Shown here: one piece after another, positions 50,801 through 64,000 of the stretch
How the letters are laid out: each line of letters opens with the position of its first letter
Numbering within the stretch: position 1 is the first letter of the stretch
Assembly: GCF_964204645.1 (NCBI RefSeq)
Contig: NC_134026.1
Location: 22,974,150-23,038,149 of the forward strand
DNA length: 64,000 nucleotides
Direction of reading: 5' to 3'
Source: Tubulanus polymorphus
Taxonomy: Eukaryota; Animalia; Nemertea
Made by a program: the position numbers and the translations under genes
The notes under the pieces: model-generated
Databases searched by the model: none
Told to the model about the DNA's origin: nothing
The model's input: only the letters and a program-made list of their open reading frames with translations

Positions 50801-53800
50801 TTTCATTGAAGTACGTCTATCGTCCTCTGAAGCGATCTGAAATAGACTACTATAAATCGTAATTATAATCATAATGTGGACTTCATTCGGGAGAGGGGAA
50901 CACTGAATAAAATCTTTGAAAGGTGTCCCGTCTGACTGATTCGTAAAGTCTTTCTGAACGAAGTTTTTACCTTCGATTTATATATATTTACTTATTCAGA
51001 AAGATTTGTGATTCTGTATGCATTGATGAATTGATTTATCCCCTTCGTCACCGCGCGCCGCTACGAAGCAGTTGTCATGGAAACCGTATTCTTTTTTTAC
51101 CACATCTGTACCGTCGACGTACTGGTTATAATCAGCAGATACTGATGGCGAACTGGCTGATACCATAATTGTAGCACAGTAAAACACGTTGTAGCCGATG
51201 ACTGCTTCTCATTTTCGTTATAAATCAAAGCATTTCCCGTGACATCGGCGATTCCTTACAAACATTCACAGAGATTCACCATTAATTATCAAAATATATA
51301 TAACTCGTCCTATATATGTCACCAGCGCCCGAGGCTTTAATTATAGCGAAATGACATAACCTTATGCATAACAATCAACGTAATTATTAACAACAAAAAT
51401 CATATAAATAAATATACATGCATAGTTGGGCCAAGTTGGAAAATCTAGTTTCTTTTCTTCCGTGTCCCAGTTAACCGTGGGATATCATGATATCGGCGAT
51501 GATTCATGGTTACTGATACGGTACATCAAAAATCTTGTCACTGGCTTTTCGTTTCTTAGTCAAATCAATGAAGCTTGTACATGGCGACTCAGTATACACA
51601 AGAGACACTCATCTCGACGAATTAGAAAATAATCCGCGAAATCAAAAGGATGAACTACTAACTACTGATAGCTATACTACTCACGCTATTATTGATATTT
51701 CTGAAGGACCATTTTTTCAAAAAGTCGTACGAAGTGGACTGACCAGTTCAATGCCAAATGGGAGGCACCCTCGTACAAAAAAGCTCAAATAGTGCGAATA
51801 GATACGACATGTCGGCTCGAGGCCACTTCTTTTCTTCTTTAAAAGGAGTATTTGTGGTGTATTATTCTTTTCATTAATGGGATGGATTCGAGGCATCCGG
51901 TTTTTATAATAGCATCGCCCAGGCTTGCAACGCCAATCGCTGTATCCAGGGTAACCGGGTTCACGCTACGTATGGCTCTAGTAGCGTTGAGGCATTCCAT
52001 TACGGAGAGTCAAATAAAGTAAAAGCCCATTAATTCAAGATTTACGACATAAGTCTCTCAATATATACTCTTGGATAAGCATTTAGATGCATAGATACAT
52101 TTCATTTGTTAATCTGTTGTATAATACGTGGTCGAAGAAGTCAATTCGGACCACCGGACACCTTGTCGATGAGTTTCGATACGATACGTCATATATGAAA
52201 AATGCTATATATGGGCATAAAAGCACGCGTTAATCAAATTTATTGCAATGAAGTAATTTCTAATTTCCATGCAATACGAACTGCTGTCAATAGGTTTATT
52301 TTATATTGGATGTAACAATAATGTCCGAACGTGTTTCATTTAATTTAAACTTATCATATTTTGCATTTCATCTCGCACGCCGCACCAGCATCTCCACATG
52401 TTTTGCCAACGCTCTGATAAGTTTGAATTTCTTTAAGAGACATTGATTCAAAATTGTACATAAGTCCTCTATTATACGATATATTTACTAATGAAAGATA
52501 TGTATACAGGCTAGTATTGCAATATACTAGTCGATCTCTGTTTCGTGACTGGATCGGGTAATTAGAGGAAATTTGCGTGCCAAAAAAGGATAGTACAGCG
52601 CATTGAAATCGGCAACGAGATCCTTGGTAACCGTCACGCTGTCTCCCAATAGAGCAGTTACCTTCGTATTTTATGTCGCCACTTTGCAAGTACCGGTTAA
52701 ATGCTTGATGCGTATCGCTTGTTAAAGCCGTATATGTTTCGAACTATCAGAATATGATACTGATATAACAATCTAGCATATCATGACTGCAGATCATGCA
52801 ATCAACTATAGATTCCAATGAGACAAGATCAAGGCCTGTCCTTTAGTATCAGCATTTCTGGATTCACACCGTATAGAAATGGAGAACAGACATTTCTTAT
52901 TTTGTCATTCCCTATAAATTCGACGTACAGAGTCTTATCTTGATCATCGACACTAATTCATCTACATTTGCATGCATAAAATCATTCATTAACATACAAA
53001 AGGTATCAACGCTCGTATTGCCCCTAGAGTTTTCATTTCCAATCTAGAAGCTAGGGTGGGATATGATTTTCAAGACCCGCGACCGTACATATACTGAGCC
53101 AAGGCTTTTTATAGATGTTGTCATAAAAACGTGTTTTATGTCATGCATATTGTAATCATGTGTACAAATTGTAAAGAAAAAAATTACGATTGTACTTGGT
53201 TAACTGCCGAACTGTGCGCGGAGATTTACTGGGTCACTATTACGCTATTAACCACAAAATCCCCTTTTCAGTGATATTGATACGTTTTTTGTATGTAATA
53301 AACTCTAAATTTGAATAAGCTGCTAAAAGGCAATATTTCATTTTTCATTTTTCCCCAGAACTCACCCATATAAATAAAACCTTGTTTGGCATTGACGTAT
53401 ACTGCATTTATATATAACATATAAAGTCAACCATACGCCTTTTTCCTTTTCATTAAAAAGCCCATTTCTATTCTACCATTCATGTGACCTATTTAGGGTT
53501 TTCTGATCATTCGGCAGAAAACTCTATTGTAATTCCCTTGATTATTATCATGATGCATATTTTCCTTCACTGGACACTTTTCACTTAAAGTACATAGTCT
53601 TTCTTTCGTTACCGCCATTTTCGATAACATCTACTTATGATCACTTACAAATGCCGCCGATAGTATTTTGACGAATCAACGTTATAAAAAGCACAATCAA
53701 GCCGTAATCATCGTAAATTTGGCCGCACTGATTAGTCCACCATTCTGGTGAATCGAGGCATGTTTTGCGGCCATGCATAGACGGCAGCACCAATTCCGAT

Positions 53801-56800
53801 GTAGAGTGGGGTTATCGACAACGATTCGGACAAATCAATTCAATAAGGACTTATTGCTTCCAAGTAGCAGAATCATTAATGCAGGAAAGCTGTTATCGCT
53901 ACTGTACAGCTTTAGTTCTGAATTGCTATTTTCAGGCTTTCTGTCCTTCATATCAGCTACGGAAAAACCCCCCATCGTAACAATAGAAGGAAAGCCAGGA
54001 GAGGTCATCCCATCTGTAAATGATAATGTCATCGTTAAATGTAAGAGTTTCGTGGCCAATGGAGCCAAACCGAAGCTTTCTGGAACAGCAAACATGGTCA
54101 CCTTAATAGTCAATGATAAGACACAAATGGAGAAAATTAACACGCGTCGCTATTCCAAAGTTGCTGGAAAAATGTCTGAAATAAAAATCGCGGGTGCGTA
54201 TTCTGCATTATAAACTTTATTAATTTCAAGCTGAGTAATGATGTGATGAATGACCTGATGACCTTTTAACAGATTTTGGGCAACTTATGATATTTGTATT
54301 TAATTCATAGGCATCAAACCAGCCGATGGTGGTTTCTACGCATGCGTCGGTGCTCCACATGAAGGTTTTGGTGTTAGCCCATCTATTGAATTAACTGTAA
54401 GAGGTAAGCGAAATAAGTTAAACGAAATATTAAATATGAACGTGTTCGACAAATTCAAACCGATTTCCTAAAAACGTTGTTTTCTTCTAGATTCGCCAAC
54501 GGTTACGATGGAAGGAGTGAGAGAAGGCCAAGTGATTAAAGTAAAAGAAATGGACGAGCTTCCAATTGATTGTAAAGCTAGCGGCAAATATAAAAATACA
54601 AAGTTGACTGTGAAGATAGGCGAACAGGATGTTCTTCCAAAGCTGAACAAAACCAGCTCCTTCAATTGGAATCCGACTTCTTCTGAAGGTCCAACTCAGA
54701 TGAACCCACGCTGGACCGGTTCGGCGAAAGGCAAAGTCGAAATTGGGGTCAAAGACCACGACATGAAAGTAGTCTGCAAGGCGAGCGTCGGTTCACCAAA
54801 ATTAGACAAATCATTCTCATTTACATTGAATGTAGAAGGTAAATCCATCAATATTGATCTCTAGAACATGATTTCACTGTACGCTTCTGATTTATAGCCC
54901 CAGAGGATTGAAATGCTGCTCAATTAATTCTGGTAATGTCATTAAATATTCTTCCCTTGAAAACAGCCATCGACTCTATATTGTGTAAAGGAAATAGGGC
55001 TATTTGGGTACTGTGGGCTTGATTCACGAATTTAAAACCCCTGAGGGGATTGTCACGCAACTGTGCCTCACCTATTTCACCATACGCAAATTCAAATTTC
55101 AGCTAATCCGAGAAAGATGAATTGCACTGTGGACAAAACGATTATCGAACTGGGCGACAAGGTGACCTACTCATGTCGGTTCGCTTCGAAACCCGTGCCG
55201 AAAACTGTGCTTTGGAATTACAAGTTGAATGACGGTGAGGTATTTAATTTGACTTCACCGGGCATAAATGAAAAGAAAACTATGACTACAAAGCAAATGG
55301 AGGTATGAATATTGATTTTATATAGACTTAAAATTGCATAAGATCGTGCCATTGATATATGAATTTGACATATATACCCTGGCGGGGTTTCGGGTATATT
55401 CACATGAATTTGAATAAAGATATACCATGTGTGATTCAACTAGCTCAAATTTCCCCTCAAATTTTTTCTAAATCGTCTACTGGTTGCTGTTTTAAAGATC
55501 TGGGGTCGTTAACTTATCATTTTTTGTCTTTCAGTCGGGAAAGACGCACATCGAAGCTACGCTCTCGATTGAGTACAAATATAGGTACATGTTAGAAATG
55601 GAAGATGTAACGCTAAAGGTTGTGAACTCCTATGGACTTATGGACCATGTTTTCCCTCAGTTAACGATAAGTAAGTCAGTTACTGATACGTACTACTTTT
55701 ATCGACAATTTTAGGCTCATCTTCACCTGAAAGTACGAAGTATATTGTGTCTCCTTTGTTTGAAAACCTTTCTATAATTGACATATATCATATTTGTGGG
55801 GGGCTTTGCCTTAAACCTGTCGAGAGGAACATAAGAAACCAGCGAAAGTGTGTAATTTGATTTTAACTATCGTTGTTTACTTCTCTTTGTAACTCCTTCA
55901 TATACTGGGCATTCTGTCACACATTGCTTTAGTTTTTCGAACATTTTTTTCTGTTTTTTTTTTTCAACTCGAGTATTATTATTTATTTCAATTATATCTG
56001 TCAGCCTCTGTTCACACTCTTAAAAGTTAACGTCAATGTTGTGTGTTTTTTTAAAAGATTTGCCGGATAACATAGGTAAGTATATTTGTCGATTGCCGCT
56101 TAACAATTCAAAGATAAATTCACTGATTACAGTGCGTGAATTAGCAAGAAATTTGATGCGTAATGACATACACCATGAACAAATTTACATTCGGGTTTGA
56201 TGATTTTTGTTTAGTTTTAGTAATTTTGATTTGTAATCCATCTTTATTGAAATAATGATTAAAATGCACCGAACATTGCAGATGAGTTTTGTCTCTTTAA
56301 ACGTTATATGTGTTGCAACACTCAGTTAACAACTTTACAGCAATGGTCGTGTCTATAATTCTTGCAATTACAACGCATTTTAGTGTATTATATAATCATC
56401 TAATCTGAGATGGACTATCGTACAATAAATACGCTACATTGTGCTCTCTAATCCCCGTTTAATTAGAACACAAATACCGAATGATTATTTTCAAGACAGG
56501 TATATCTATATCACACTATAATTTGTAGTTCGTTTTATTCTGCCTTCCCTAAGTCTAATTTTATATGGATTTATACATTTAATTCAACATTGTGTATTGT
56601 ATCGTTATTTTACCCGCATGAGTAATTATCGCGAAAAAAGTAAAACAGATAATTTTGTGGCTTGCCAAATGACTTAAATTGAGAACTGCCAGAGGCGTAG
56701 CAAGGGTTTTTAATCGCTGATCCAACTAGAAAAGATTGGAAATCTAGGTTAATTGAATTTCACCTAACCGCTTGATCTAACTATAAAAGAGCTTACTTAT

Positions 56801-57045
56801 TTATCGCAATAATAACTTGAGAAGCACTTCAACGCAACGCATTTGCACTGCTGGCAGGTTGAATAACCTTTCTCCACAAAGGAGCTCTGGCTACGCCGCT
56901 GATTCATCTATTGATATCTATCTATAAGTCCTAACTCAATTTGTTAATTCCCATTTATATTTCAGAGGGAAGTGCCATGAGTCTTCGCATATCTTTAGGC
57001 ACAGTTCTAATATGCCTACTCGCCGTGGTGTCTCATCGTTTCTGA
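44835..57045 (+). CDS. Secreted/GPI-anchored immunoglobulin-superfamily protein with three Ig-like domains
   Basis: Exon 44835-44871 (MDFIKSVILIAM, donor gtaagt) splices in phase 1 to 53936-54193 (GFLSFISA/TEKP…VKC), completing a signal peptide. Then 54311-54403 (DGGFYAC, the Ig DxGxYxC motif), 54491-54838 (IDCKASG…VVCKA), 55103-55302 (YSCRFASKPVPKTVLW), 55535-55670, micro-exon 56058-56075 and 56966-57045 (EGSAMSLRISLGTVLICLLAVVSHRF*, GPI-signal-like). The first-exon link is inferred. Confidence 0.78.
47661..47957. mobile_element. Near-perfect palindromic MITE (about 297 bp) with target-site duplication
   Basis: TATGGTGGCTGATAAGGGCCATAGCG … CGCTATGGCCCTTATCAGCCACCATA, with complementarity extending almost to the centre. 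Flanked by the direct repeat CTATTC (47655-47660, 47958-47963). Internal GCCAAAACGAA sub-repeats. Confidence 0.92.
56690..56901. mobile_element. Degenerate hAT-like MITE in the last intron of the Ig gene
   Basis: CAGAGGCGTAGCAA … TGGCTACGCCGCTG, 12/14 complementary termini beginning with CAG. No recognisable 8-bp TSD. Confidence 0.5.
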
Positions 57046-60000
57046 GGCCCCAGCTCCATCTTTGAAACGCGCGTAGTACTTCGATGCCTTGCAGATTACA
57101 ATAGATAACAAACAGGATCGTATGAACCATCCACCGTATCCACGATATCACCTTCATGAGAATCTTATATTCCAGAGGAAACAACAACCAAGGATCGAGA
57201 GAATGTGAAACGAAATTATTGTTAGAAGTCTATGATCTCTAAAGACAATACTGGACTCGATATGTCATACGACGATGAATTTAACGAAATGAATAGACTT
57301 CATTCTACTCCATATTTAAAGAATACATACTTAAAATCCATTTTTGTCTTGGTCACCCAAGTGGAACACGATTGAAAACCCACTCATTTTTTCGTGTTTG
57401 AAAATATCGAATGTGTTTGCTATATACTTATGTTGTAAAATGTCGTTCGTGCCATACCATTCGACTCGAGACTAGAGAGTCTGAAGTCATAGAGGGTGTT
57501 TCATATAACTGATATATGATGAATAAATTGAATTGAAAATTGAGGCATTTTGTTGATAGTATGGATTCACTGCTGATTTTATGAATCCTTCAGTCAAATT
57601 GGCTACGAGCAGAACTCTCAATTTAAGCGGCCAATTCTTGATTTGGGACTTGATTAAAGCTACACGAACAAATTATTAGCATCACCAACCAGTTGCCATA
57701 AATTGCCCCATGACGAGTTCCAACAGAATTTGCCCATGACAACTACTCAGATCTGCTAAAATCACTTGTTCAATATACAAAACGATGATATTATTCAAGG
57801 TTCAACGAGATGAAGTTTTATGCAAGTCTTAATGTGCCATACGAGTATTTCTAATGTTCGTTTCACCGGTGAAATAGATAAATTAAGGCGAAACGATTTT
57901 CAAAAAAGTCTTCGCCGCATGAGTGAATCATCGTTCGACTTACGAAATCAGCAAACACTATAATAAAATATCTGAGTTGAAATTAATGTGCTTTTTATAT
58001 TTTAGTTTCTATAGCATGTCCCTTTATTATCAGAATGGTATTCGAAATTAAGTAATTGAATTTTGCAGTCAAATTAGTGAGTTGGATACTGCTAAAATGT
58101 TAAGACTTGTAAGATGTCAGCAGCTCATCCATGACCAGGTTTTATCCAAAAAATCCAATTTCGATTGGATCGCTAATTGTGTCAATGTCAATATTTCTAG
58201 AAGTGTGAAAGTATTTTTCGATCGAATTCGAATTCAAGGACCGAAAAACTTACGCTCGGGCTAGAAATTTGGCGACTAGAATAAAAAATTGTCGCGATGT
58301 AGTGACAGACATCAAAAGAAATAAATATAGTATGATATCTCGAATTCATAAGTAGTCATTATGTATTTGTAGATTCGATATGTACGTATAGTTATTTCTT
58401 TCTCATCTTATGAAAAACCATCAAATTCATATACTTGTAAATATGCATAAAGGTATGTGTATACTGGAAAAGACTCAGGAAATGTTAATACTATGAAATG
58501 CGTGTATGATAATTATATTGAAGGGACAGAGTGTATTCATTTATATGCATTTACTTATTCACTAGACTATCATAGCCTATATATGTTATAATACGTACGT
58601 ACGTTGGCATAGAAAAAGTTACCGAAGAAGAAAAGTATGTCGTATTAAAAAAGCCTTCTCAATGTGTATGTTTGGTAATGGTTTTCATCTATGGAATGGG
58701 GAAGTATCCAACTATAATGTAGTAAATGCGACAAAAAATATATGAATAATAGTTCGTAATCATGTTAGTTAATTATGACCTATTAATACCGTATCGTACA
58801 GCTTCTTAACAGAGAGTGGCTACCCATAAAGCTTCTCGTAGTAAAAGTAGTGTATAGCAATGTTTAGTCTTCGAATCACCGGAGCTATGATTAAAGATGT
58901 TGCGCTACCTGCACCAGCTCATGTCTTAAACGCGATAGAGAATGTCTCGAATTGGCGGTTGATTCCCAACCGCAATCGTGTCGAAAAAACCCAGATGAAA
59001 TCTTATATATACACCTAAATCATTGTAGTAGAGTGTATTCGGGGATATGTAACTGAACCACTTTTCCCAATGGCGTATCGTTTATTATACATTATTATCA
59101 ACAATGATTAACTATTTATCATCATTTTATCGTGTGAAATGATCTGGTTCTATGTATTTTGATATGCTTGCTGGTTACCATGACAATTTTGCGCCACTTC
59201 AGCTTCCGAGATGGCTAATTTGAATAAAGAATTATCGGCTAATATTTATTTTTCCTAAACAATTCCAAGTGTTTATGCTCTCCTAAATGGGTGCACATGC
59301 ATACATTATCGACTGCATTGGTATTAATTTAGTTGTAATAAGTTTATTTTCGTTATAGAAAATAGCTTATACTCTTCTACTCTCTACTTCAAAAATAATG
59401 AATGCGCTATCTCCTTTCAGTCAAAATTAACTACACTTTGCATTTCTCGGCTGAATCGCTAGAACCTCGTCAGATTCAATAGGAGCGACGTTGACTTAGA
59501 AAACGAAAATAATATTCAAACAGTAGAAGAAATATTTGATGGTGGCATTAAAGATATAGAATCTATGTATTTATTTGGAAACCAGTTATTTTTGCCTTTT
59601 CATTGCAAACGGGTGTATATCATTATAAACTTCAAAGAATGTATCCTCTACCTTCCCAGACATGTATGCATGCCTATTAGTGTTAATGTTTAGTATTGTG
59701 TAAAGGATGATACATACATATTATTTGGATTTAGAAAAAATATATACCTCTAGAAATCAATGGAAATAACTAGATGTGTATAGTATAAGTTGCTCTAAGC
59801 AGTGTGGTAACTTTCTAATCTCATATTGATGACTACCCCCAAAGAATGATTGGACCCAACAACCTTGGCCTGTCGTTCGCTTGACATGTGACACATGTGT
59901 GAAACTGTATCAATTATTCGTGATTAGATGGGCATCGTACAACTATCGGGACAACTTCCCTGGCGATACAGCCTATATATGTAAGCCATACATCTTGCCC

Positions 60001-61375
60001 TGGGACGTAATGATCATAATATGTATGATGATAATCATATCATGATTGTTGTCATTATTATTACGTTTTGTTGCCATTGTCTCACTGCTAGATGAGCACC
60101 ATCCCCAGTGTTGTCACTATAAACATCATAATTTTGTGTTTTTCTTAATTGCTCGATCCTGATTTTACAAAAACTTTATATCCCACGCAAAACAAAAACC
60201 GATGCTCTAAAAACACAACGCGCTTCTATTTTTTTTGATAGACTTGTGAAAATGTTTTGAATGTTTCACATAGTACGTGGCATTCCATGCTGTTAATTGC
60301 ACCCCTAAAACTATAACTATAGGTGTGGATCTTAATTTGATGAATGTATTTTATGGAATAAGTGTGACATTGTATTCGATAACTAAATATAACTTGTATC
60401 CAGACATATATGCGGCATCCTGCTAAAGCTTCTAGCTATTCTTCCTAAAATCGGCACGCATTCGGTGTAGCGCGTTGTATCGATCAACTAGATCATACGT
60501 TGCTTTTGATTCGTAAGTTTATTTTGGTCGCGACGCATGAATTGAAGAATCTTTTAACAAGCGAACGCTCTGAATATTTGACTCTACTGAACGCTAAACT
60601 ATGAACTCATCATTTCGTTGTTTGTTTTTTTTCCTTCTAATACGTGAATTGAAACTTTGTTTCCCCCGAAAACCTTTTCCAATTCGAATCGCTACGAAAT
60701 TGCACACACGTCGAACGGTGTCACAATTTCTCATGTACAAAGACTTTTCCAAAAAAATGATACTTTCCTTGTTCTTTTTGTACGAATATTTCTCAAATAC
60801 TTCACAGATCTAATCTACGTAATCTAATGATGAATTTTCCACCTTAGAATAAAAGACAAATTTACTATAATGAGCACATCGTTGTTAATTCAGAATATTT
60901 ATGTAGATAGAACCATGTCTTCTGCGTTCGAATTGTTATCTAATGAATTCTTGCATGACTAGAAAAAACTGCAAATTCAAACTTTATCATGTTTTCGGTA
61001 ATAAAAATTCACTTTTTATATATGTGGTAACGACCTTGTTTTGTTCGTGTTCCTAATATTTTGGGATCTGACTTCGTTTTTCGTCCAATCCGCAAAGTTT
61101 CGGCTCAACTGAGATGTGTGCAGCGAGATGGAATTGCACTGAACATAGAATGGCTTCTTGACCGAGGCCAACATGGTTACTGCAACTGTTTTTCTGATTT
61201 TGGAGTGAGGATTTTGCCTTTTAAAAGAAACGCCGGTAAGACATTTTCCATTTTTAATCCGCAACTCTTGAATGGTAAGCTAATAATCTAACAAACAATC
61301 AATAGCCATCTGAATGCCATATTTATTCATACCTAAACCTTATGGATAAGAGAGAATCAACCAATTGGAAAAAAT

Positions 61376-63448
61376 TCAGTAACCGTCAGCTTCAGCCGTT
61401 TTGGCATCCAGTAATCTTAACAGCAGTCGTCTATAATTACCGGAAGTGTCATCTCTGATATAGTTGAATAACGTATCGTTGTAGGTGCTGTCAAATAATG
61501 CTCTTATACTCTGTAGATCGATCTGTAGTAAAGTAGATATAGTATTTGATATCTCAATCTCTTTCCTCTATCCGAACCGAAAAATCTATCTATTCAAAAT
61601 GTAGCATTTTGAGTAAATAAATTCATATGTCTTTTGATAATAGTATAATACTTATCAAAATGCTCACCTCACTTCTGGAGATCAATGTTCTAGTCAACGT
61701 TCTTTCATCAGTTCCCAAACCGTTCATTGACCTATGCAATACGCCGCTGAAGTATCTCGTTCGGCTGTCAACACATTGGGCTGAAAGTACAAAAACAGAT
61801 TTAAAGGATTTCCAGCTGCTATACTTACGTACAACTTAAATATTGAAAATATGATAAAGTAGTAACAACATGCATATAGTGCATCACACAAAATACATAC
61901 ATATCGCCATGAGGCCATCTCTAAAGCCCCCAGATGCATTTTCATCAATCATATCCTCAATTGTCATGCTAAACGATTTGTGGTAATCCTCAAACACAAC
62001 CTTCAGATGGGCCATACTTCTACGACAGAATACAGCGTGAAATGTTATGACATCTGGACCATCGCCATCCTACAAGTTATAAAATATGATCTTACTTCAT
62101 AGTGTATTAATTGTCATTACTCCTCAGACGATACTTACATTATAAAGTCTCTTAAGATCCTCCTCAACTATGATCTGGTCAATAGGAGATTCCTCATCTT
62201 CACGATCTGCATTAGCCAGCGAAAACAGAAGACGACCAAGGTCACCACCAGTTTTGTCACTTACGTCATCCATAAGATCGGTGTTGAATTCTGTAATCAC
62301 GTAATCATTTAATGAGAGCAGTTCACGATTAAACGGTTTTTACTTTGATGTAAATATTGAGCGAAATGATTGAAACTATATTTTATAATGTATCCATTAC
62401 TCTTGTTGTAGAATTCGGTTATTTCGCTCATTTCCTCATTCGTTCTACTGGCGAAGATTTGAATCAAACACCTGTGGTCAGTACAACAGGCCTGCAATTG
62501 ATATCACCTATGTGTAAATGGATCAGTAATTTTTGACGAAAAGATGCGAATATTTTCGTACCGTAAGTGCGTCTCGAATTTGATAGGCATCATATTCCCG
62601 TGGTTCGTAACACAGCCCTACTACAGCTTCCTTGTAATATCCACTTAATGCATTAACTATCTCATTCGGCAATCGCTTAGAATAAAATATCAAATAAAAC
62701 CATATTGTAATCAAAATAGAGAATGTATATATAGATACACTATTATATCCATGCACGATTCTCACACATATCTCCAAAATAGGGGAAATTTTCAATGATT
62801 CCAAAAAATTCCAAATTGAGATGCAAGAATAATAATCATAACAAGTAAAGATATATCACAATACCCTTCCGTAGATGGTCTTGTACGCCCTTCGTATTTC
62901 TTTACGTAGCGCGCCATCGCTTTGAGTGAATACTTCAATGATTGAAGTATTTGGACACATGCAATCACTTAACGGTATTACGTTTCCTTTAAACGACAAA
63001 AGGAGGAATACATAATGCAAACAGCACCCTACAGGAAAAAGCTTTTATTAATGATTATCGGATAGAGTGAAAATTCTATCGACTGCACTTACGCCAAAAT
63101 CCTGGTAGATTATCGTGTATTTTCGAACACGCGCTATTAACTATTTCATTATCCGCGTTCGTTGCCTACAATGACACATTTTTGTTGACTATAAAATGCC
63201 ACATTTAATAGATCCGATGGTGAGGGATAAATAACGTTCCAAATGCAGCATACAACATGTTACAAACGCGTTAGGCCTATAAAACTATAATCTAGTCCCT
63301 GCACCCTGGGCATTTCAAATTACAAATTTCATTGCAATTCCAAATAAACCTTGATGTTCACCTGTAGCCTTTTCCGTAGTTATTGATTCAATTTGAGCCT
63401 GGAATTAAGTCTTACCAAGACTCGGTACAGGAATGCACGAGAAGACAT
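61376..63448 (-). CDS. Annexin, divergent; 5' end uncertain
   Basis: Exons 63165-63093, 62986-62865 (IIEVFTQSDGALRKEIRRAYKTIYGR), 62675-62562 (LSGYYKEAVVGLCYEPREYDAYQIRDAL), 62491-62401 (TDHRCLIQIFASRTNEE), 62290-62139, 62069-61901 (FCRRSMAHLKVVFEDY), 61780-61668 (SMNGLGTDERTLTRTLISRSE) and 61522-61376 (IDLQSIR…DDTSGNYRRLLL…*). These give four annexin repeats. A possible start exon is 63448-63416 (MSSRAFLYRVL), but other upstream exons cannot be excluded. Confidence 0.9.
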
Positions 63449-64000
63449 TTTCAGGTAACCGATAGAACGAAAGAGTTTGGATTATTGTCCCAGATTTGAA
63501 ATCTGAGATTCAACATAATATCACCTATTGTATATGATAAAAATAAAGGCAAGCCCATTAGAGAACAAACTATAGAACAGTAAGCTAACGGTTCGTGTGT
63601 AAAAAGAACAGCTCTGAAGAAAACTTAGGTTGCACCCTGTTATCCCTTATCCAGCACCCATATGCCATGATTATCAACTGAAAGCTGCTTATATTGATAA
63701 TGGCCGTGGCATCTTGGTCGTTAATGCGAGGGCAACAAATTTGCCTGAGTCCCAAATCAACTTTTTATCTAATGATCGTTTGGTGAGGAATTCTTATACT
63801 TACCGACAACATGTTTGTATATCCACAAGGGAATTACCGATACGTATGCTCCAGGCGGCTGGTAGCGCCTGTGTTGTATGGGAAACTTGCGGATTGGGTT
63901 GAAATAAATTTATTCTGAATAATCCGGATACGAAATCGCGCATAATGTATACCGGATAGAACTATACGGGAGGTATCTGTTGCACCAGATCGAATGCTAC

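Noticed and set aside
59463-59693. Plus-strand open stretch NLVRFNRSDVDLENENNIQ…, faintly like annexin SRSEIDL
   Set aside because: Similarity covers only a few residues, it is on the opposite strand to the annexin, and there is no supporting exon chain.
63600-64000. Additional upstream annexin exons (donor-like site near 63803, acceptors near 63503 and 63678) and the + strand ORF 63630-63902
   Set aside because: Could not be joined into one unambiguous reading frame. They may be UTR exons and need transcript data.

Overview
AT-rich, intron-containing animal genomic DNA. The gene content suggests an invertebrate bilaterian, plausibly a lophotrochozoan, but the species cannot be determined from this window. 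Seven protein-coding genes were reconstructed by hand from GT-AG exon chains: (1) 3' part of a KChIP/KCNIP EF-hand gene (+, 10-6504); (2) PCGF1-like Polycomb RING finger (-, 9738-11351); (3) HMG-CoA synthase (+, 13115-16917); (4) a very large (about 4,780 aa, about 33 exons) apolipophorin/apoB-family lipid transfer protein with one 6.8-kb exon (+, 20090-40291); (5) a divergent Rab5-group GTPase (-, 41781-43199); (6) a 3-Ig, probably GPI-anchored surface protein with a 9-kb first intron (+, 44835-57045); (7) a divergent Cys-rich annexin (-, 61376 to about 63448, 5' end unresolved). There are also several MITE-like inverted-repeat elements and a 5'-truncated LINE. The most striking signal is a tandemly duplicated HMG-CoA synthase exon pair (15052-15213 and 15269-15427). 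The two copies are only 55 nt apart, have flanking RNA-pairing candidates, and one copy alters the conserved VDGKLS motif. This suggests a mutually exclusive splicing switch in the enzyme. Candidate 6-, 9- and 18-nt micro-exons are also present. All calls come from reading the sequence by eye; no database searches were run.
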